From Paraspadella gotoi (lineage: Eukaryota; Animalia; Chaetognatha): a stretch of DNA of 18,876 nt. Below, one piece after another: positions 11,010 to 18,876 of the stretch (the stretch's first letter is position 1; each line of letters begins with the position of its first letter). Where the stretch lies: the NCBI GenBank assembly GCA_051294375.1, contig JBJCIZ010001541.1, positions 1-18,876 on the forward strand, given 5' to 3'. The position numbers and the translations under genes are program-made. The notes beneath the pieces were generated by a model that was given only the letters and a program-made list of their open reading frames with translations, had not been told where the DNA came from and searched no databases.

Positions 11010-13630
11010 TCAGGCAATTAGAACATTAGTTAAATCACTCACTCACATTTTTTTCTGTATGTAACTTTGTCTAGATAAATTATTGGTTATTACTATAAGC
11101 TTTAGAATTTAACTTTTTTTTTAATTCTGTTTCAAACGGAAAATTTGAGTTTTTAGGAAAAGAAACGCAGGAATCAGCGAGCGTAACGAACTTCGAAGTA
11201 AAGTCTTCTCGACCTTCTCATCCTCTGATTTCAAACTAGCTATGTACTTTTAACTTTCTGTGATGAACGAAAAGGACTCCATTAGTTTCAATTTAAGCAG
11301 ATCAAGAATTTCGGCGTTTGGTTTACACTAATTTGGCTGGATTTCTTTTTGACTAAAACCTTCTTCTTGTAATTTTTTCTGCTTAGTTTTCCCCATTCTT
11401 GAACAATAGCTGGCAAAATTTTTTGACTTTCCATTTGACGAAATGTACTGGGGATTCTTTTCCCTTCAGTAAGATTTAATGATTTTGCTAAAACATGAGC
11501 ACTTGAAGCAGCAGAAAGATTTTTGGCACCACGAATCTTTAGTTCATAATTGATTGAGCCCACAGAACGCTCTGCATCTAAATTATTTATTGGCGCTGAA
11601 TTTAATTTCCTATCATCCATATTTTTTAAAGAAAGCTCACTCTGTTTAAACTCTCCAAATGAAAAGATATCGCCTCGTTGCTTGTGCCACCCGTCTGCTA
11701 ATCGCTTTGTAATTATTTTTAAAAGTTTAATAACTGAAACTCGATAATGTTCAGCGGCCAAAAAAATAGAATTTAAAATTTCTTTTTCATACTTGACAGC
11801 GTTAAACATGGAACTAGAACAAAAATCTAGTGCAGGCTCATCATGTTGCAAGTAATTTTCAGGCNNNNNNNNNNNNNNNNNNNTATACAGTTTTGGAAAG
11901 GCGGTTTTTAAGTCCTCATATGTTGTCTTTGATGAAGATGTAAGCTTTGCAAACGGTTCAATTAAATGTATTCCAAGAAGAGCGCCAACGATACAAAACA
12001 CCCGTAAAAATTCTACGTCCTCAAAACAACGAACGATACATGCCAAATTATTAGTAACGTGATCGAATTTTCGCAAAAAAGAAATTATATCTTTGTCATG
12101 GTGAAGAACAACGGCGCAAAGAAAAGGAAAGCGGGTAAACCGTTCAGAAGCAAGTCGGACAGAAACATTTTTCTTCGGTGAAATATGAATGTCAAACTCG
12201 TTTGCCTTATTCCAAGATTTATGATCGAAATCATGCGATACCAGACGAGAAGAACAGTCCAAAAACTGCGTGATAATTGATTCATGAGAATTTGGTGTCA
12301 CATTAAATGAAGCAAAAATCTTTTCTTGGCCTATTGATTGTTCAATTTCCTTAAAAGTCGAATCTATTTTTCGATTGAACATGAGAACAGGATGGACGTT
12401 GCACAATAAATGACTTGGTATATGGTTTAAATTTAGTTCTTCAGCTAATAATTTTTCAACCTGAAGATTATGAGCGGTAGAGTCTGTCATCACAAAATCT
12501 ATTTTGTTAAAGAGAAATTCAATAGAAACACCACTTACTGCTGATAATATAGTTAATATAGTTTTTTTTAATTCTTTTAAATTTGCTCTTGTCTCACTCA
12601 CAATGGGTAAAGTCGGAAGCGGAAAATAAGTGCCATCAACAGTTATGCCTTGAACTGAAAAAGAGCCGGTTCCCTGCTTCTTGGACCCATCGTCGTGGTA
12701 TGTAATTGACGTTGTCGATTCTGAATTGATAATTTTTTCCACGAGTTGATCAAGAGCAAATAATTCTCTCACTCGTGTTTCGCGTCGATTGTTGGAAGAA
12801 TCTGGCGCCGTGTCGAGGTCAATTGTACTTTGATCATCATCAAAAAACTTCCAAGGCAAGCTGAACAGATTTCTCGCAGTTAAAATGACCCCTGCAATCG
12901 CTTGGACTTCTGAACAATGATATTTTGATTTTAGAGTGATGATAGTTTCGTAATACTCCGGTTTGACTCGTTGAATCGATTTTCTCAAATGGCGGTATTT
13001 TTCCGGAAAGTCACTGTCTCCATCTGATTCTTTTGAATACCTTCTGCGCTTTGAAGTTGGCTCGTCGGATTCATCAGGTGTAAAAGGAAGGTCAGATTCG
13101 TTAAAAGAAGGCTGTGAAAAGTCGCCCACCATCTCGTCGGTTAATTCAACTTTTTTCATCTTTTCCGCATGATCGGCGGCTTCCTTCTCTCTTTTTTCGA
13201 GAGATTTCATTTCTTTTTCTTTTCGTTCAGCGCTTTTCTTCCACTGCCGATCAACAAAATTATCACAAAACATTTTTCTATCATTTTTTTGGTCCTCTAA
13301 AAATTTTACCTCAACTTCAGTCATTGTAACGNNNNNNNNNNGTTCCTGTCGCTTTCTGCTATTTTTATCTTCACAGGCAATGTCAAAAAGTCGGATAGAT
13401 ATTCGGTCATAAAAAACTTGAACTTGGGATTTCCAACGGTCATCGCGTCGTGAAGAAGCGGTTCTTTGAAGGTTACGGTATTCGTCATACAGTCTTGATA
13501 TTTGTATCTTTATATTTTTGTAGGATTTTGTGTAGATGTTGCAGTTTATCCAATGCTCAATGAGATTCAAAGCGATCATCTTTGAGGCATCAGAAACATT
13601 TACTCTTTGCCGATGATAATACAACATGGC
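11010..13630 (-). CDS. Transposase main exon (DDE fold with CxxH motif)
   Basis: 779-aa ORF with candidate catalytic motifs YHDDGS, VMTDSTAHN, HLLCNVH and NNLDAERSVG, and an N-terminal LIEHWINCNIY. Acceptor tttag|GCCATG at 13631/13630. After frameshifts from ~11390 the protein appears to continue (KQKKLQEEGF ... PFRSSQKVKKYI ... LYFEVRYAR ... IIYLDKVT) to a TGA near 11010. Superfamily assignment is from motif recall only. Confidence 0.8.
11865..11883. other. Assembly gap (19 N); second gap of 10 N at 13332-13341
   Basis: N runs. Both preserve the transposase reading frame. Confidence 0.99.
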
Positions 13631-13692
13631 CTAAATTTTTTAAATAAAAAATTAAATAAGGCTTTTATAAAAACTAGGTGGCTAAATTTTAC

Positions 13693-14633
13693 CTTCGCCG
13701 ACAGCGGTTTTGGCGGCTTTTGAAAAACTATTTAAAAATATTTCACTGAAATTCCTCTCTTCTAATTTCGTATGAAATTTTTGATGCTTGATAAGATTCG
13801 ACGGAGATTTAAAACACTTGCGACAAATGTCACACTTGTAAGGACGGAATCGGTATGAGTGCTAGCATGTGACCTAAGACCTCCCTTGTGTCTAAAACTT
13901 TTATACAAATGTCACACCTGTGAGGTTTTTCCGAAGAGTGCGTGAGGAGATGGGATTTTAACTCGGACAACGAATAAAGCTCCTTTCACAATTATCGCTT
14001 GGAGGCTTATGATCGGAATGAACTCTGGAGGTGAACCTTGAAAGAAATCTTTTTGTGAAAAAACGTTTGGACATTTATCACAATGGTATTTTTCTCCGTC
14101 GAATGGGCTTTCGAGATGATTTTCAAATGAGGATTTGCGTTGTACGCTTTGGACAAATGTACAAGCGTAAGGTTTTCCTTCGTGTGACTTCGCCTATGGA
14201 TTTTCAAAAGTTCCACTCATTGAAAGGCCTTTTGACTAATTATCACATTCATACGGTTTTTCTCCAGTATGAATTCGCAGGAGAGATTGAAATTATGTCC
14301 ATGAAAAGGTTTTCCGACAAAATCACAAGTAAATTCTTTTGCTACCGAATGGGATCGTGATGGTTTCGTTAGCGAAGATTTAGTTTCGTAAGATCTTTGA
14401 CAGGTGTCGATCTGTAGGGAAGATCGTCCGCTTTTCTGTGATCATTATTAAAAGTGTTTTACTCTCCTTGACGAGTTATCAGTCGTTGCCGTGATGTGAT
14501 TTATGAGTGCTGCGAGAGAAATCCACACTGGAGAAAACCTTGGCCGCATACTTCGCAAGCGTTGGATGTTCATAGTATGCATTCCCGACTTTCGGTAATT
14601 GAAAGTTAATTTGGATTCATTGTGTGCGATCAT
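13693..14633 (-). pseudogene. C2H2 gene ZNF-2: lead finger, spacer and about 8 tandem fingers, running into the transposase intron
   Basis: Lead finger (A)CEVCGQGF at ~14560. Tandem fingers from ~14410 to 13770, the last being RPYKCDICRKCFKSPSNLIKHQKFH. ATG at 14633. Confidence 0.88.
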
Positions 14634-14938
14634 GGGTTAGATTTGTGGTATTTTAATCGTTTCAATTTTTACAATTTGGTTCAATAATTTTTTGGGTTTA
14701 TTTAGTTTTTTTTACCACAAAACAAGAGATTTGGCCGCGTTTTTTTTTTTATTCCTTTTTTTATTAATTTAATCCACTTGTTGAAAAATTTTAAAACATA
14801 CGAGTTTAATTTAATGTTATTTCGCTATATTATTGTATATTTAAACACGATCGAACGATTTTTCGCTTTCGATCCTTGAAGTTTTGACGCGGGATCGTCG
14901 AAGGAGACAAGGAACGGTACGTCTGTTGAGTGTGTGTG

Positions 14939-15000
<62 letters not shown>

Positions 15001-15074
15001 AGAGGAGAGAGAGAGAGAAGAGAGAAGAGAGATGGTCATTTTCTGAAGTCAAGAGGTAAATTCTTTCGGAAGTC

Positions 15075-15137
<63 letters not shown>

Positions 15138-15213
15138 CAAGTCCTCTTAGTCGCTTTTAAGGGCCTAACTAGTGCCTAAAGCCTCACTCGGACAATGTCC
15201 CAATGTTCTCTCT

Positions 15214-15270
<57 letters not shown>
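14939..15270. repeat. (GA)n and (CT)n microsatellites with short unique spacers
   Basis: Directly visible. Confidence 0.92.
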
Positions 15271-15274
<4 letters not shown>

Positions 15275-15364
15275 TAGAATTAGGAAGCAAAAAAGCTTGG
15301 TTATCGAATGTATGAATGGGAACAATCAATATCATAATCATCCATTCTTTAATAAATTATGCCT

Positions 15365-15510
15365 GCGAACTCCTCGACAATTATCAAACTTGTATGGTTT
15401 TTCTCTAGTGTGAGTTAGAGGTGTAGCTTTAAAAGTGTCATAGATGAAATCTTTTCTGACAAAATTCGCCATTGATGTGGTTTTTTTTCCGTTGAATGGT
15501 TTTTAATATC
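15365..15510 (-). pseudogene. Orphan C2H2 fragment (about 1.5-2 fingers)
   Basis: On -: HSTEKKPHQ...LLKLHL..THTREKPYK with indels. Similar to ZNF-1 at 4841-4960. Confidence 0.7.
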
Positions 15511-15614
15511 GTCGTCGTCGTCGTCGTCGCGTCATTGCCATTAAATCATAGGTCGTGCTTATTTGAAAGATCTCTACTAACAAAAAACTTTCAATTTAAC
15601 TTATTATTTTTTTT

Positions 15615-15651
15615 CGCTGATGATGGCTATCATACAGCCGAAACATGTACG
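15615..15651 (+). ncRNA. Minimal type I hammerhead ribozyme core of Penelope-like-element type
   Basis: CTGATGA (15617-15623), extra T, stem II GGCT/AGCC, GAAA (15640-15643), palindromic helix III ACATGT, cleavage triplet GTA (15647-15649), and CG/CG closing helix I. Confidence 0.7.
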
Positions 15652-16339
15652 TTTTATTTTTCTCCTTGAAATAAAAACAATTCGTTGTTTGTAAACAAAA
15701 CAAAATTTCACTTATTCCATTTTAAAAGAAAAGCTAATTTTATTGCAACTCGATTAAGAATTACAAAAAATATCGAAATAATTAAAACATATCAATTGTA
15801 ATAAAACTACAAAAATATGCACACTGGATTAGCAAAAAAAAATCGGGAATAAGCCTCTAATTAACTGTGCTTGCGAAGACATTAAAAGTAATTCTTCTAT
15901 TAAAAATTAACTTTTTGCTTAAAGTTACAATAAATAAAAATTTCAATATTTTTACAGATTACACATTGTAAAACTGAGCTCTGGTTCACAACTAAAGTCA
16001 TTAAATTGCAACAGAATTACATATTGTTGTCGGTATTAGCACAAAGAAAGTTTATTATCAAAAGTTATTATGCAGAAGCAAAAGTCTACCATTTCTGTGA
16101 AAAAAAATGTTTTTTTGTACAAGTTTTTGTCATTCTAAATTAAAAAAATTTTGCAAAATTATTCTACAACGTTGAACTTAATTTTCTTCTTCATTCATTC
16201 GTTCATTGTTTGTTCATTTTCCGCATTTTGCTTTCTTCAAAATTAATTGTTCATAACAAACAACGGAGTTTTTTACTTTCATTTTGGTCAAACGTTCAAT
16301 GCAATATTATGCCGCATTTTTTAAATCAATTCTCCAATT

Positions 16340-18325
16340 TTGACTATCCACTTCCTTTGTATGGGTTTTGAAGTGTCGCTAAGATTTGAAGATAGATTAA
16401 AGCATAGCTGAAAAATATCCACTTGTATGGCTTCTCTTTAAGTAATGAATTATAGGTGCCGCTTTAGATTTGACAGGAGGAGAAAAGCATTTTGACATTT
16501 TCACACTTGATGTGTTCCTCCCTGAATGAGTAAATAATATGCATATTAATCGACTTTAAATAAAAGCCCATCTGGCAAATTTTCACACTTATATTTGTCA
16601 AAATTTGTCATGAATTTTAAGATGCATCTTTAGAGATAACAGTACTTGCAAAGCATTCTCTGCCAATAATCCACTTATATGGTTTTTTCAGTTGAATGAG
16701 TTGGGGAGATTGTTTTTTGAGAGCTTGATCGCTGCTAATGAACCTCTCCACAAATTTCCATTGAAAAGGTTTTCTCTTCGTATGAGTTTTATTTATATGC
16801 AATTTAATGATTCTTCGAAAAGCACCTCTGACAAATATCACACGATATATGGTTTTCTCCGTAGATGGATTCGCAGTGCTGCTCAGATGTTGCATTGTTT
16901 TTAAAGCATCTCTGACAATATTCACACTTATATGGTTTCTCTTGCGCAATGAGTTATCATAGGCTGCTGAGTGATCGCTTGCATGAAGAAACTTCTGACA
17001 AAACTTCACATTGATAGACTTTTCTTTTGAATGTGTTTTTAGATGGAGATTTTTAGAGATATATTTTCTGAAAAGCTCTCTCTGACAAATATCACACTTA
17101 CCTGAGGCTTAAGGTCATAATGAGTTTTAAATGCGCTTTGGATTGCCCGATTGCGAACAACGTGTTATCACAAATATCACACTTATGTGGTTGTTTTTAG
17201 TATAGAGGTTAAGATATGATTTTAAGAGCCTGTTGCTTTGAAAAAAACTTGTGCCACTTTCACACTGATTTTGCTTTCCTTGAAAATTTGTTATGAGTTT
17301 TCTGAGCCACTATAGATTTGACGAAAATCTAAAAACATTTGAAGCATATGTCACTTTATGAGGTTTAAAATTAGTAATGAGTTCAGTATATGCGCTTAAG
17401 ATATCCCTTGTGTCTAAAACATTTTATAAACAAATGTCACACTTTGTGGCATTATCTGTTTGATATGAGTTATGAGGTGAGATTTCAGTATCATTCAATT
17501 TGACGAAAGCATCTTCGACAATGATCGCATTTGTTGGCTTATGGTTCAGAATGGATGTATAACATGCTCCTTAGACTTCTCATATTTAAGAAGCGTTTCT
17601 GACAAAATTCATCACATTCGTAAATTTTTCTCCCTGAAATTAGTTGGCATCATGTTTATTTAAAGATGTCGATTCGTGAAAAACCGTTGTGGTACAAATC
17701 TTACAAGTATAAGTCTTTTCCTTGTGCTGGACTAAAAAACATGTTTTTTCAGAGCTGCATGATCTAAAAGCTTTTGACAATAATCAAATTATAATGGTTC
17801 TCTCCATTATGAATTCGCACGTGAAGCTTTAGATTTTTTGCTGTGAAAAGCAATTGTGACAGATCACACTCGTACGATTTATTCCTTCGAATGAGACTGT
17901 ATATGCTTGCTTCAGATACGAACCGAAAAGCACTTTTGACCAGAAACATTCACATTTATATGGTTTTTTCTTTTTTATGGATTTAATTGTGGTACATAAG
18001 TTTTACTTACATAAAAAACTTTTTGACTAATTCACCAACTAATGTTTTTTATTTGTATGAAATGAAGGAATGAACGATAACGAACGTTTGTTTCAAAATA
18101 CTTCTTGACAATTTTCACATTTAAACGGTCCTTTTAAATGAGTATTCCCGAGTGGAATTGTAAATTTCGTTTAGTCTTGAAGAGTTTTTTGACAAATTTC
18201 ACATCGGAATTCTTTCCTATCAGGAATGAGATGTGATGTTTTTTGAGCCAAGTTTTATATCTGTATGATATTTGAACACGAGTCGCATTTGTATTGAAGA
18301 AGGTCCGTTCGACTCGGATCGTTAG
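16340..18325 (-). pseudogene. C2H2 gene ZNF-3: half spacer plus about 23 tandem fingers, no lead finger; begins at the transposon terminus
   Basis: Starts NDPSRTDLLQYKCDSCSN. CxxC-like starts recur about every 84 nt down to ~16420 (e.g. HKCDICDN, YKCEYCQRCF, HVRIHNGE). Confidence 0.9.
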
Positions 18326-18876
18326 TAGGGGGCCGGAGCTTCCATGAAATCATTCGAATCGGCAATTATTTAATGTAACGAATATTTTTAGAGGTAATTA
18401 CAGTCACAGTTGTCAAACCAAGCTCACAAAAAGTTGCGTAAATTTTATCCAATTAATTTTTTGGAAAATTCATAGCGGTCTTTCTCTATATATTTTTAAT
18501 AGTAAACCCTAGCGGATTCTTTTGAAACAAAAAGGCACTCCGATTGTTTTTCGAAAAGTTATAATCTTGTTGAGATAGTATTTTTTATTTAGACTAGTAT
18601 AGTAGTAGTATAACAAATCCTAGTATCGAATAACATCGTAGTTGTAGAGAATGCCTCCCGTCCTCCGTTCGTCGTGCCTTGTGCCTCTCGGAGAAGTTAC
18701 TTTCAGCGCAGCATTGGAATTTCCTCCAGGGTTCTTCCTCTCGAATTGCATGTCATACAGGTTAAAAATGGTTATTTTTACTTTTCTTTCGTCGACCGGG
18801 TTGAGGGAGGGGTTAGGTAAGGGTGTTTATGGTTAGAGGTAATTAAAGTAATATTTTTTTAAATTTTTTCAAAAAT
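18326..18876 (+). mobile_element. 5' portion of the same transposon family: terminus, leader, first exon and start of intron
   Basis: TAGGGGGCCGGAGCTT at 18326-18341 is identical to 10640-10655 for 16 bp and then diverges, as expected for the opposite end of a TIR element. Confidence 0.75.
18651..18760 (+). CDS. Probable transposase exon 1
   Basis: ATG at 18651 to donor CAG|GTTAAA (110 nt). Adding one G to the GGG at 18729-18731 gives MPPVLRSSCLVPLGEVTFSAALEFPPGVLPLELHVIQ in phase 0, which joins |AMLYYH of the main exon. The repair is inferred. Confidence 0.55.

Larger units (their letters stand above)
10640..13715 (-). mobile_element. DDE (hAT-like) DNA transposon, 3' portion: terminus at 10640/10642 plus main transposase exon; no inverted partner terminus in the window
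   Basis: TAGGGGGCCGGAGCTT at 10640-10655, ~370 bp downstream of the transposase end. The inner boundary is approximate, placed where ZNF-like sequence begins. Confidence 0.8.

Noticed and set aside
11288-11390. ORF-track C-terminus of the transposase (GKLSRKNY...ICLN)
   Set aside because: Probably an out-of-frame tail. Protein-like sequence continues in other frames to ~11010.
11550-13329. Small ORFs overlapping the transposase (11550-11747, 12085-12285, 13114-13329)
   Set aside because: Shadow frames of the long ORF with no independent support.
10640-18341. 16-bp direct repeats as LTRs or att sites bounding a 7.7-kb element
   Set aside because: Identity stops at 16 bp, no gag/pol or integrase is present, and both repeats point into transposon sequence on their right.

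Overview
AT-rich, microsatellite-dense eukaryotic (probably invertebrate animal) DNA. It holds a cluster of paralogous C2H2 zinc-finger (ZNF) genes: arrays at 3794-5656 (+), 13693-14633 (-) and 16340-18325 (-), a lone lead finger at 10498-10641 (+) and an orphan fragment at 15365-15510 (-). All are heavily frameshifted. A DDE/CxxH (hAT-like) DNA transposon appears split in two: one terminus plus the large transposase exon at 10640-~13715 (-), and the same 16-bp terminus plus a probable first exon at 18326-18876 (+). Joining the two outer flanks through one TA rebuilds an in-frame ZNF gene, suggesting a single insertion with a TA duplication followed by an inversion (or mis-join). Also present: two nested Helentron-type non-autonomous elements (5655-8508), a tRNA-Arg(CCT), a Penelope-type minimal hammerhead ribozyme core (15615-15651) and a frameshifted membrane-protein-like region (1-1770). 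The indel pattern suggests partly uncorrected long-read sequence, so frameshifts should not be read as proven pseudogenisation.
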